Positions 18,396-27,601 of a DNA stretch of 51,776 bases are shown here, piece after piece; the stretch's first letter is position 1, and the number at the start of each line of letters is the position of its first letter. The position numbers and the translations under genes are program-made. The notes under the pieces are model-generated. The model saw nothing but the letters and a program-made list of their open reading frames with translations, did no database searches and was not told where the DNA came from. This DNA is from an uncultured Clostridium sp. (GTDB lineage: Bacteria > Bacillota > Clostridia > Oscillospirales > CAG-272): assembly GCA_964629615.1 (NCBI GenBank), contig CAZVUD010000003.1:11764-63539 (forward strand). The letters are read 5' to 3'.

Positions 18396-21026
18396 ATGAA
18401 ATGGACATCTCTTAACGACATCAGAGAAAAATATCTCTCATTTTTTGAATCAAAGGGACATTTAAGACTTCCTTCGTATTCACTTATCCCCCATAACGAT
18501 AAATCTCTCCTTCTCATAAACTCAGGTATGGCACCTATGAAGAAATTCTTCACAGGTGAGGAAGTACCTCCGAGAAACAGAGTGACCACCTGCCAGAAGT
18601 GCATAAGAACTCCCGACCTTGAAAGAGTAGGTCACACCGCACGTCACGGAACATTCTTTGAAATGCTCGGAAACTTTTCCTTTGGAGATTATTTCAAGGT
18701 GGAAGCTATAACATGGGCATGGGAATTTCTGACCGAAGTGCTTGAGATCCCGAAGGATCTTCTCTGGCCCTCAATATACGAAGAGGACGAAGAGGCATAT
18801 GAGATCTGGGTAAACAAGATAGGCGTTGACCCTGCGCATGTTGTAAGACTCGGTAAGGCAGATAACTTCTGGGAGCACGGAAGCGGTCCTTGCGGTCCTT
18901 GCTCTGAAATATATTTCGACCGTGGCGAAAAATATGGTTGCGGATCTCCCGACTGTAAGCCCGGCTGTGACTGCGACAGATTTATTGAGATCTGGAACAA
19001 CGTATTCTCACAGTTCAATAACGACGGTAACGGCAATTATACCGAGCTTGCTCAGAAGAACATAGATACAGGTATGGGACTTGAGCGTCTTGCATGCGTA
19101 ATGCAGGGTGTTGACAATATGTTTGAGGTGGATTCCATACGTAAGGTAATTGATAAGGTATCTGAAATATCCGGCAAAAAGTACGGCGAGGATGCAAATA
19201 ATGATATCTCCATCCGTGTTATCACAGACCATTCAAGAAGTGCAATGTTCATGATAGCCGACGGTGTAATTCCTTCAAACGAGGGCAGGGGATACGTTCT
19301 GCGCAGAATCATCCGCCGCGCATGCCGTCACGGAAAGCTTCTCGGCATAAATCATTCCTTCCTTGTTGATACCGTAACCGTTTCCATAAATGAGAGCGCG
19401 TGCGCATACAAGGAGCTTGAGGAAAAGAGAGATTATATACTTAAGGTCATCTCCATGGAGGAAGAAAGATTTGATGCGACTGTAGACGCAGGTCTTTCCA
19501 TCCTTTCCGACCTCGTTCGCGGAGCTATATCCGAGCACGCAGATACTATCTCGGGAGAAGATGTATTTAAGCTCTACGATACATTCGGCTTCCCGATAGA
19601 CCTCACCCGTGAGATTGCGGCAGAAAGCCACCTTAGAATAGATGAGAATACCTTCAACATTCTCATGCTTCAGCAAAAGAAGAGAGCAAGAGAGGCAAGA
19701 AGCAATATTGGCGGTTGGGACGAATCCTCAAAGTCCATCATATCAGGACTTCCGAAAACGGAATTTACAGGCTATACCGACTACAGAAGCAATGCCAAGG
19801 TCATCGCTATACTCACAGATAACGGTTCTGTTTCCTCTGTAAACGAGGGCGATTGCTCCATTATACTTGACAGAACGCCCTTCTATGGAGAAGGTGGCGG
19901 TCAGGTAGGCGATACGGGTACTATCTATTCGGATAACTTTATCGCCAATGTATACGATACAAAGAAGACCGACGGCGTTTATATACACGCATGTACGGTA
20001 GTAAACGGAAATTTGAATGTCGGCGACGCCGTTTCTGCCGATATTGAAGACGCAAGACGCGATGCTATACGCAGAAATCACTCCGCGTGCCATTTGCTTC
20101 AGGCGGCACTCCGTGCTGTGCTCGGCAATCATGTAGAGCAGGCAGGCTCTTATGTAAGCAACAGCGTGTGCAGATTTGACTTTACACATTTTGCTCCACT
20201 CACAAATGAGGAAATTAAGGCTGTCGAGGGTCTTGTAAACCTCAATATCCTTGCCGCAAATGATATAGTTACGGTAGAAACCGATATAGAGACTGCAAGA
20301 AAGAACGGTGCTATGGCACTCTTCGGCGAAAAATACGGCGATGTTGTCCGCATGGTAAAGATGGGCAAGTTCTCAACAGAGCTTTGCGGCGGTACTCACT
20401 GTGATAATACAGGCAAGATAGGTCTTTTCAAGATAACATCCGAAGCAGGTGTTGCAGCCGGTGTCAGACGTATCGAAGCAGTTACAGGACTTGGTGTGCT
20501 TGGACTTATATCCGAGAAGGATAAGCTCATAAGCGATACTGCAAAGGAGCTTAAGGTCGCAAATACACATGAGATAGCAAAGCGTGCAAATGCTCTTACC
20601 TTGGAGCTTGCAAATGCAAAGAAGGAGATCGAACAGCTCAATGCGCGCATAGCTGCAGGCATGACAGACTCTCTCATTGCTGATGCTGTAAATATCGGAT
20701 CTGTAAGACTTATAAAGAAGCATCTCAGCAATACTAACATCGATGTGGCAAGAAGCCTCACTGATAAGATCAAGTCCGAAAACAGCGATGCTGTAGTAGT
20801 TCTTGCGGTAACTAATGAAGGCAAGCTCAATTTCATAACCGCGGCAGGCAAGGATGCCGTAAGCTGCGGTGTTCATGCAGGTAAGCTTGCAGGTCAGGTA
20901 GCGGCTGTTACAGGCGGTAAGGGCGGCGGACGTCCCGACAGCGCAATGGCAGGCGGACATGACGTAAATAAGATCACAGAGGCTCTTGATGCTGCAAGCA
21001 GCATATTGGCTTCTATGATAAAATAA
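18396..21026 (+). CDS. alaS: Alanine--tRNA ligase
   Basis: MKWTSLNDIREKYLSFFESKGH N-terminus, FEMLGNFSFGDYFK, and editing-domain HxxxH/CxxxH motifs. ATG 18375 is an alternative start. Confidence 0.95.
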   Translation: MKWTSLNDIREKYLSFFESKGHLRLPSYSLIPHNDKSLLLINSGMAPMKKFFTGEEVPPRNRVTTCQKCIRTPDLERVGHTARHGTFFEMLGNFSFGDYFKVEAITWAWEFLTEVLEIPKDLLWPSIYEEDEEAYEIWVNKIGVDPAHVVRLGKADNFWEHGSGPCGPCSEIYFDRGEKYGCGSPDCKPGCDCDRFIEIWNNVFSQFNNDGNGNYTELAQKNIDTGMGLERLACVMQGVDNMFEVDSIRKVIDKVSEISGKKYGEDANNDISIRVITDHSRSAMFMIADGVIPSNEGRGYVLRRIIRRACRHGKLLGINHSFLVDTVTVSINESACAYKELEEKRDYILKVISMEEERFDATVDAGLSILSDLVRGAISEHADTISGEDVFKLYDTFGFPIDLTREIAAESHLRIDENTFNILMLQQKKRAREARSNIGGWDESSKSIISGLPKTEFTGYTDYRSNAKVIAILTDNGSVSSVNEGDCSIILDRTPFYGEGGGQVGDTGTIYSDNFIANVYDTKKTDGVYIHACTVVNGNLNVGDAVSADIEDARRDAIRRNHSACHLLQAALRAVLGNHVEQAGSYVSNSVCRFDFTHFAPLTNEEIKAVEGLVNLNILAANDIVTVETDIETARKNGAMALFGEKYGDVVRMVKMGKFSTELCGGTHCDNTGKIGLFKITSEAGVAAGVRRIEAVTGLGVLGLISEKDKLISDTAKELKVANTHEIAKRANALTLELANAKKEIEQLNARIAAGMTDSLIADAVNIGSVRLIKKHLSNTNIDVARSLTDKIKSENSDAVVVLAVTNEGKLNFITAAGKDAVSCGVHAGKLAGQVAAVTGGKGGGRPDSAMAGGHDVNKITEALDAASSILASMIK

Positions 21027-21041
21027 TATTAATATATTTAC

Positions 21042-21069
21042 AAAAATCGGTGCGTGAGCACCGATTTTT
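21042..21069 (+). terminator. alaS terminator
   Basis: AAAAATCGGTGC-gtga-GCACCGATTTTT. Confidence 0.85.
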
Positions 21070-21116
21070 GTATTTAACTTTCGGGAATAACGCAACCAAG
21101 TGTTGTTTACAAATTA

Positions 21117-21158
21117 TTAACAATATATATATATATATATATATATTTGTGATAAAAT
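21117..21158 (+). promoter_or_regulatory. Putative promoter of island gene 1, with (AT)12 between the -35-like box and an extended -10
   Basis: TTAACA (21117-21122), then (AT)12, then TTG, then TGaTAAAAT (21150-21158). The -35 to -10 spacer is 30 nt as assembled. Confidence 0.4.
21123..21146. repeat. (AT)12 dinucleotide microsatellite
   Basis: 24 nt of uninterrupted AT repeats. Confidence 0.95.
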
Positions 21159-21217
21159 GTACATAAATTGAGTATTATCTCAATAAATTCATTGTGATAT
21201 TTATACGGAGGTTATGA

Positions 21218-22402
21218 ATGGAATTTCATCAGGATTATTACAAACTAGAAAAAGCTGCAAGCTTAATGGAAAAAATTCCTAAATTAATACAGCAAATTAA
21301 TTATTTAGAAAGTGAAAGATCTCATAATAGTGCCATCATAAGCTCAAATTGGCAAAGCAAATACAGAGAGAGCACGTATTATTATGATCTTGCCTATAAG
21401 CGAGAAACTGACCGTGTTGCAGCCGCTAAGTTAGCCGCACAAAAGAAAAGATCCTTTCGTAATATGATCATCTCAGCAATATTGCAATTTATTGCTTTAA
21501 TTGCAATGATCATTTTATCAGTTCACAACCTTGAAGGTTCATTTTATTGTATTGAATATTCGGTGATCATAATGATTTTGACGATCTATACTCAATATAA
21601 GAATTATCGCAAAAATATCACTGACTCTGCATCCGGGATATCAGTGCTAATACCAAAAATTGTGAGTATAATTCTGGTTGTTAGTGTTTTTATCTTTAAT
21701 TTAGACATATCTTTTCTCGGTGGTATTATTGTAGATAATATCACTTATGAAGGCACGATTCTTGTACCAATTATAGGAATGATCCAGAGTATAATTGCCG
21801 GATATTTTGTATTTACTCTAAATAAAAAATGCAGAGCACATGCTGTAATTGATCAAGCTGTGTTAGATAAAGCAAGAGCAGTGGATGAAAGAAGTAATAA
21901 GAGACGCCAAAATGAATTAAAAGAAAAATATGAATCTGATAAAAACACTGCTAAATTGGAAATTCGCAATATAAACGCTGTAATTAAACAATGTGAAGCG
22001 GAAATTGCAAACTTAAAGTCCGAGATAGCTGCAATTGGAATTTTAAATCGCAGTGAATATGATAACCCTAACAATGATCTTTCATTTGATTATATGATAG
22101 CAACGAAATATGCCGCAGACATTTACAGTGAAACAATGCAAACAGGCAGAATGGTTGATGTTGAATACGCACGTTACACGGAGAGCAAAAAACGTCGTGA
22201 TTTGAAAATTGCAATGGAGAATGCTAAAATGGCAGATGAAATGCGTAAACAACAGCAAACAGAAGAGTTTTTTGCACGTATGGATAGATATTATGACCGG
22301 CAGGAAACCCGCCGCAAAATATCCGATTTAGAGAAAAGTATAGATAATTATGCGGATAAAACAAAAGAACTGACAGAGGAATTAAAAAAATTCAGAGATT
22401 AA
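21218..22402 (+). CDS. Hypothetical membrane protein: soluble N-terminal region of about 80 aa, four predicted TM helices, C-terminal coiled-coil region of about 190 aa
   Basis: GGAGG RBS 6 nt upstream. Hydrophobic stretches at about aa 83-103, 108-128, 142-163 and 180-201. The C-terminus is rich in K/E/R/Q heptad-like sequence. I recognise no family motif. The gene is very AT-rich. Confidence 0.7.
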   Translation: MEFHQDYYKLEKAASLMEKIPKLIQQINYLESERSHNSAIISSNWQSKYRESTYYYDLAYKRETDRVAAAKLAAQKKRSFRNMIISAILQFIALIAMIILSVHNLEGSFYCIEYSVIIMILTIYTQYKNYRKNITDSASGISVLIPKIVSIILVVSVFIFNLDISFLGGIIVDNITYEGTILVPIIGMIQSIIAGYFVFTLNKKCRAHAVIDQAVLDKARAVDERSNKRRQNELKEKYESDKNTAKLEIRNINAVIKQCEAEIANLKSEIAAIGILNRSEYDNPNNDLSFDYMIATKYAADIYSETMQTGRMVDVEYARYTESKKRRDLKIAMENAKMADEMRKQQQTEEFFARMDRYYDRQETRRKISDLEKSIDNYADKTKELTEELKKFRD

Positions 22403-22405
22403 ATC

Positions 22406-22446
22406 AATGGGATTGTTGCAAATTAAAATGCAACAATCCCATTTTT
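22406..22446 (+). terminator. Terminator between the two island genes
   Basis: AATGGGATTGTTGCA-aattaaaa-TGCAACAATCCCATT followed by TTTT. Confidence 0.85.
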
Positions 22447-22474
22447 GACCATAATAAGAAATGTAGCATATAAT
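22445..22474 (+). promoter_or_regulatory. Promoter of island gene 2
   Basis: TTGACC (22445-22450), 18-nt spacer, TATAAT (22469-22474). Confidence 0.5.
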
Positions 22475-22507
22475 AGAGTAGTTTAATTTAAAGGAGTGGA
22501 TTTATCT

Positions 22508-23851
22508 ATGATATGCGGAAGTATTGGCAGAGAAGGCGGAAACTGTTTTATAAGTGAGGAAGCAGACAATGAATATATTAATATACATAATATCTACAAA
22601 ACCAATATAAAGCTGTCATCAGATGTAAATAAGCATGGAGTTTTGATACACGAAGGCATAAAATATGCATGCGTGCTCTGCGGTGAGTTGTATAACAGAA
22701 ATGAGCTTTTATCACTGATAAAAAAAGAATGCAGATGTAATATTGATCTGAACATCTCTGACTCTTTGCTGCTTATCTGGATGTATATATTTTACGGTAT
22801 GTATTCTCCAAAATATATAAACGGGAAATTTGCATATATCATATATTCCGAGGCTGTAACGCCCAAAATGTTTTTGGCAGTGGACAGATTTGGCTTTCGA
22901 AGTATATATTACAGAGAAGACAGAAATAATTTTTGCTTTTCAAGCAGCTTTGAAAGAATGCTTAAAGCAGGGAAGAGCACACTGTCTTATAATGGGATCG
23001 GAAATATATTTTATCTTGACGGAAATACATTTGATGATTTCACCGTGATAGATGAAATAAAAAAGATACCCTCCGGTGAGTGCGCCTGTATCGACTGTCG
23101 TGAAGAGATCAAAATGATAAGAAAAAGTTATGTACATTATAATAAAAATACGGACAGCAGCATTCAAAGCAAAGAAATGCTTTTAAATACATATCAAGAT
23201 ATCACCGCGCTGACTGAAGTTACAGATTGTATAAATATACCTGATACATTGGATATTTATAAGGCATTTTCAAATTATAAGGGGGATGACAATGTATATT
23301 CAAATATAGGTGCTGTCCTTTTTCAAGTACCATGTCTTGGCAGATCCCGTGGATATTTTCCATGGGTCATTGATCCGTATGAAAGTATATCTATTCTTGA
23401 TAGAAGCAGGATAAATATGACATATGCTTTTGATGGTATAAACAAAAAGAGGCAAAAATATGCTGATCCTGACAGCAGGACCTATTTTTTAGACTCTGCA
23501 GTGAAGCTCTATCTCCCAATGAAAATACGCAAAACAGAAATGATATCGGGATCTTTCAACATAAACATAAAGTATCCGCTTTGTGATGTGAATTGTATTC
23601 GTCACATTTATACATCCGAAAACTGCAATATATCAGATCTCAAAGCCTTTAAGTATAATAATAAAAATCATAAATATATTGAAAGCTTCACGAAAAAGCT
23701 TATACAGCTCTCAAATTCAGAGTCATCTATAGTAAACTACATTTCAAAAGAAGAGATAATAAAAGAAAATATGGGAAATATAAAAGCAATAAAGAAGCTT
23801 TATATGACCCATATTTTTATTCAGAAATATTCACTTGATCTTGATATTTGA
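22508..23851 (+). CDS. Asparagine-synthase-like protein, apparently degenerate (no SGGxDS PP-loop seen; N-terminal Cys displaced)
   Basis: Blocks align by eye with E. coli AsnB. CGELYNRNEL matches NGEIYNHQAL, SDSLLLIWMY matches SDCEVILALY, GKFAYIIYSE matches GMFAFALYDS, VDRFGFRSIYY matches RDHLGIIPLYM, IKKIPSGE matches IKEFPAG, and KTEMISGSFNINIKYPLCD matches ANKAMSAWGVEARVPFLD. AAGGAG RBS is 11 nt upstream of ATG 22508. Confidence 0.6.
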   Translation: MICGSIGREGGNCFISEEADNEYINIHNIYKTNIKLSSDVNKHGVLIHEGIKYACVLCGELYNRNELLSLIKKECRCNIDLNISDSLLLIWMYIFYGMYSPKYINGKFAYIIYSEAVTPKMFLAVDRFGFRSIYYREDRNNFCFSSSFERMLKAGKSTLSYNGIGNIFYLDGNTFDDFTVIDEIKKIPSGECACIDCREEIKMIRKSYVHYNKNTDSSIQSKEMLLNTYQDITALTEVTDCINIPDTLDIYKAFSNYKGDDNVYSNIGAVLFQVPCLGRSRGYFPWVIDPYESISILDRSRINMTYAFDGINKKRQKYADPDSRTYFLDSAVKLYLPMKIRKTEMISGSFNINIKYPLCDVNCIRHIYTSENCNISDLKAFKYNNKNHKYIESFTKKLIQLSNSESSIVNYISKEEIIKENMGNIKAIKKLYMTHIFIQKYSLDLDI

Positions 23852-23852
23852 T

Positions 23853-24524
23853 TTAAGGCTTAAACGGATTTTTCGCAGCTGCGTCCTTCATGCTGATTAT
23901 AACATTTCGCGGCTTTTTGGATTTGAATATTGCGGATCCTGCCACGATTATATTTGCACCTGCCGAGGTGCAAAGTCCGATATTATCCGCGTTTATACCG
24001 CCGTCCACCTCAATATCAAGATTGATACCTCTCTCCGCAACATACTTGCGAAGTGCCTGTACCTTGTCAAGGCAATCGGGAATAAGCGACTGACCGCCAA
24101 ATCCGGGCTCTACAGTCATGATGAGAGCCATGTCTATATAGTTGACAAGTGGGTAGAGAACATCTACAGGTGTATTGGGCGAGATCGCAAGCGCCGCCTT
24201 CATCTCATAGGAATGTATGAGATGTATGACAGACATGGGATTTTCACATGCCTCGTAGTGAACGGTTATTATATCAGCTCCTGCCTTGACAAATCGGTCG
24301 ATGTATCTTTCAGGGCGCTTGATCATAAGATGCACGTCAAAATAGAGGTCAGTGCACTTGCGTATGCATGATACAAGCTCAGGACCGAATGTAATGTTCG
24401 GAACGAAAGCGCCGTCCATTATGTCAAGATGAAGGTACTTTGCGCCTGCATCGGCGACCTTAGTGATTTCGGATTCCAGATTTGAAAAATCAGCCGCAAG
24501 AAGCGAAGGGGCTATATATAGCAT
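23853..24524 (-). CDS. rpe: Ribulose-phosphate 3-epimerase
   Basis: MLYIAPSLLAADFSNL start, HLDIMDG, VEPGFGGQ. Confidence 0.95.
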   Translation of the reverse strand: MLYIAPSLLAADFSNLESEITKVADAGAKYLHLDIMDGAFVPNITFGPELVSCIRKCTDLYFDVHLMIKRPERYIDRFVKAGADIITVHYEACENPMSVIHLIHSYEMKAALAISPNTPVDVLYPLVNYIDMALIMTVEPGFGGQSLIPDCLDKVQALRKYVAERGINLDIEVDGGINADNIGLCTSAGANIIVAGSAIFKSKKPRNVIISMKDAAAKNPFKP

Positions 24525-24670
24525 TACTTTTTCATCCTTTCTGATGATCAGGTTTAAATGATCGTTTAAAAATATAAGACTATGCTTTGATCTATCGGGG
24601 GACTTGCAATTTTAAGGAAGTGGTGCGTGTGAGCGATAGCTTCAAAGTGATAATATATCCCTCAATAGGA

Positions 24671-25150
24671 TTATTGGGGGAGCTTTTTTAAGATACACAC
24701 AGCGTGAGCGGATATGCCGAGTCCCTCGCCCGTAAATCCGAGCTTTTCTTCCGTCGTTGCCTTTACACTGACGCATGATATATCAACAGAGAGCGCATCT
24801 GCAATGTTTTTTCTCATTTCATCTATGTATGGGGAAAGCCGCGGCTTTTGCGCGATAACGGTAGAGTCAATGTTTCCGACAGCATACCCCTTGTCGCGTA
24901 TCAGCTCATTTACCTTGCAAAGCAGCTTTATGCTGTCCGCATCTTTAAAGCTGTCGTCGGTATCGGGAAAATGCTTTCCAATATCACCGAGAGCCAATGC
25001 GCCAAGCATTGCGTCCATTATGGCATGCACGAGCACGTCCGCATCAGAGTGACCGAGCAATCCGACAGGACTGTCTATAAATACGCCGCCTATTATGCAT
25101 TTCCTGCCGCTTGTCAATCTGTGAACATCGTATCCGTGTCCTATCCTCAT
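24671..25150 (-). CDS. ispF: 2-C-methyl-D-erythritol 2,4-cyclodiphosphate synthase
   Basis: [12 protein letters not shown] and [11 protein letters not shown] motifs. Confidence 0.95.
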   Translation of the reverse strand: MRIGHGYDVHRLTSGRKCIIGGVFIDSPVGLLGHSDADVLVHAIMDAMLGALALGDIGKHFPDTDDSFKDADSIKLLCKVNELIRDKGYAVGNIDSTVIAQKPRLSPYIDEMRKNIADALSVDISCVSVKATTEEKLGFTGEGLGISAHAVCILKKLPQ

Positions 25151-25920
25151 GACGTTTTCTCCGAAAGCCGAGCTTTCAGTATTGCCTCTGCATACAAAAT
25201 GTCGTATGGCTCTGTTATTTTTATGTTCTCACGCGATCCCTCACACAGCTTAACGGGTATTCCTATATGCTCCAGCATAATAGAATCGTCTGTTGCCTCA
25301 AATTTCTCATCGCGTGCGATATATGCCGCGCCTCTGTATGCGTTTATATTAAACACCTGCGGTGTCTGTGCCAGATACACATGCTTGCGCTCGGGAGTTG
25401 ACTCAACGAACGCACTCTTGTCGCCTATCTTTACGGTGTCCGTTGCTTTGACCGCAAGCAGGGAATTTCCGTGTATATATGCTCCGCGGCAAGCACGCGC
25501 TATCAGCTCGGGAGTTATCAGGCACCTCGCGGCATCGTGTATACATACAAATCTTGCCTTATCCGACACGACATCAGATCCTATCCTTGCCGATTCCTGA
25601 CGTGTAGCACCGCCAATAACAACGCGAAGGGGCTTAGACAGAGAATATTTTTCGGCAATATCAGAATAAAGCTCTGTTTCGCCCTCCTTTGCCACAACTA
25701 TGATCTCGTGTATATAATCACAAGAATCAAATTGCATAAGAGTTCTTGCCACGATCGGAATACCGTCAAGCTCAATAAACTGCTTTGTGGTATCGCCGCC
25801 CATACGGGTAGATGAGCCTGCCGCAAGGATGACGGCAGATGTGAAATTCTTTATACAGGGCTTGCCCTTTGCAGCTCTGATTATCTCTGCGATCTTGTGG
25901 GCAGTTGTAGTTTCTGACAT
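25147..25920 (-). CDS. ispD: 2-C-methyl-D-erythritol 4-phosphate cytidylyltransferase
   Basis: [13 protein letters not shown] motif; 4-nt overlap with ispF. Confidence 0.9.
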   Translation of the reverse strand: MSETTTAHKIAEIIRAAKGKPCIKNFTSAVILAAGSSTRMGGDTTKQFIELDGIPIVARTLMQFDSCDYIHEIIVVAKEGETELYSDIAEKYSLSKPLRVVIGGATRQESARIGSDVVSDKARFVCIHDAARCLITPELIARACRGAYIHGNSLLAVKATDTVKIGDKSAFVESTPERKHVYLAQTPQVFNINAYRGAAYIARDEKFEATDDSIMLEHIGIPVKLCEGSRENIKITEPYDILYAEAILKARLSEKTS

Positions 25921-25935
25921 AGATATCGCCTCAAA

Positions 25936-26394
25936 TCACTTTCTGTTTTTGTTTTCAATATCGGTAAGCATGGCAACACGTGCATCGTGTCTTCCGCCAA
26001 GATAGTCGGTTTCGATAAATGCATCTACAAGATCCATTGCAAGTCCTGCTCCCACAACGCGCTCACCGAAGCAGAGCACATTCGCATTATTGTGCATTCT
26101 CGTCATTCTTGCAGAGAATGTATCAGAGCAGCATGCCGCGCGTATACCGTTGTGCTTGTTTGCCGCCATGGACATACCAATTCCCGTACCGCAAATGAGA
26201 ATGCCAAGCTCAAATTCGCCTGCCTGGATCCTTTCGCAAAGTGCAGATGCATATTCAGGATAATTGCAGGATTCCTGTGTGTAAGTTCCGACATCGAATA
26301 CTTCTATTCCTTTATCCTCCAGATGCTCTATGACCTTTGCCTTAAGTCCGAGAGCCGCATGATCGCAACCGATCACTATCTTATTAATATTCAT
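25936..26394 (-). CDS. rpiB: Ribose 5-phosphate isomerase B
   Basis: IGCDHAA, ICGTGIGMSMAANK; about 150 aa. Confidence 0.9.
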   Translation of the reverse strand: MNINKIVIGCDHAALGLKAKVIEHLEDKGIEVFDVGTYTQESCNYPEYASALCERIQAGEFELGILICGTGIGMSMAANKHNGIRAACCSDTFSARMTRMHNNANVLCFGERVVGAGLAMDLVDAFIETDYLGGRHDARVAMLTDIENKNRK

Positions 26395-26422
26395 ATCAAA
26401 GACCTCTCAATCCAAGTTATAG

Positions 26423-27130
26423 TTAAAATTTTACACCACTGTTCAAGCGCTCATTTCTTTCGCGTTCCGCCTGTGAAAGACGCAGATAAGACGGCGAAAG
26501 ATCCTTGTCGCTTACATATTCGCCACGTCTGTAGCTGTCATATGCACACATGCATGCACTGTAAGCTGACTGTATGCGCGATCTGTCGGGGACATATTCA
26601 ATATGTGTAAGCTTAAAATTCTTTTCGCAGATATCATATCCGTCACCTGACAGATATATCTTTTCGCCATAAGAAGCAAGCTCTGCATCAAGCTCTTCGA
26701 CGGATATTGCTCTGTCGGGCGTCAGCCTTACAAGTATACCGTCGTGACACGAGAAGATGGCATTATATACCTGCATCCGCCTTGCGTTTATGACAGGTGA
26801 TATGATCCCGTTATAGCCACAAAGATTTTTTGCAAGCGACTCAAGGGAGGATATCTCACAGCAAGGAATGTCCTTGGCAAATGCAAGTCCCTTGATGGTA
26901 GCCGCACCGATCCTGACTCCCGTAAATGAGCCGGGTCCGACACAGCAAGCAAACATATCTATTTTTGAAATATCCGTGTGTGAGAGCTTGAGTATATCCT
27001 CAATAGCGGGGAGCAGGATCTCACTGTGAGTGTTTCCCGTATTTACCGTTATCTCGGAAATGAGCCTTTCATCCTCACAAACAGCCGCACAGCACACATT
27101 GGCTGTACTGTCGATTCCAAGTATCTTCAT
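26423..27130 (-). CDS. tsaB: tRNA t6A37 biosynthesis protein TsaB
   Basis: MKILGIDSTANVC start and GPGSFTGVRIG motif. Confidence 0.9.
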   Translation of the reverse strand: MKILGIDSTANVCCAAVCEDERLISEITVNTGNTHSEILLPAIEDILKLSHTDISKIDMFACCVGPGSFTGVRIGAATIKGLAFAKDIPCCEISSLESLAKNLCGYNGIISPVINARRMQVYNAIFSCHDGILVRLTPDRAISVEELDAELASYGEKIYLSGDGYDICEKNFKLTHIEYVPDRSRIQSAYSACMCAYDSYRRGEYVSDKDLSPSYLRLSQAERERNERLNSGVKF

Positions 27131-27143
27131 AAATGATCTGACC

Positions 27144-27599
27144 TCAAATTACTTTACTTATGTTTATATCTCTGCCGTTTCCGTCATCCGTCTTTGTGAT
27201 ATCCACCTTGATATATTCCTCGGGCAGAGCGTAGGGAATAAGCTCACACCATTCCGCAATGCATATCTCTCCGCTGTCCAGATAGTCGTAAAAGCCTATG
27301 GAATAAAGGTCATCCTCGCCTGTTATTCTGTACATATCGAAATGATATACTCTGCCTATCGAGTCATGTGAGCATTTGTAGTCATTTACGAGCGCAAAGG
27401 TAGGTGAGCGCACCGCGCAATCCCTGCAAAGGACACTGCAAAATCCGCGCACGAATGCGGTCTTTCCAACTCCGAGATCTCCGAACATCGCTACAAATCT
27501 CGGGGCGTCCTTGTCACCTGCAATATACCTTGCAAGCTCCTGTCCGACCTCTTCAGTCGTCGTGACTGACTCTGAATGAACTGTATATGGAAATCTCAT
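27144..27599 (-). CDS. tsaE: tRNA t6A37 biosynthesis ATPase TsaE
   Basis: GDLGVGKTAFVRG Walker A; about 150 aa; adjacent to tsaB. Confidence 0.9.
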   Translation of the reverse strand: MRFPYTVHSESVTTTEEVGQELARYIAGDKDAPRFVAMFGDLGVGKTAFVRGFCSVLCRDCAVRSPTFALVNDYKCSHDSIGRVYHFDMYRITGEDDLYSIGFYDYLDSGEICIAEWCELIPYALPEEYIKVDITKTDDGNGRDINISKVI

Positions 27600-27601
27600 G
27601 A

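Noticed and set aside
20373-21095. 240-aa ORF on the minus strand
   Set aside because: It lies entirely antisense to the well-supported alaS CDS and its terminator. It has no RBS and a Cys/Ile/Tyr-rich composition typical of antisense read-through.
24848-25600. 250-aa ORF on the plus strand
   Set aside because: It is antisense to ispF and ispD, which have unambiguous motifs. It has no recognisable motif of its own.
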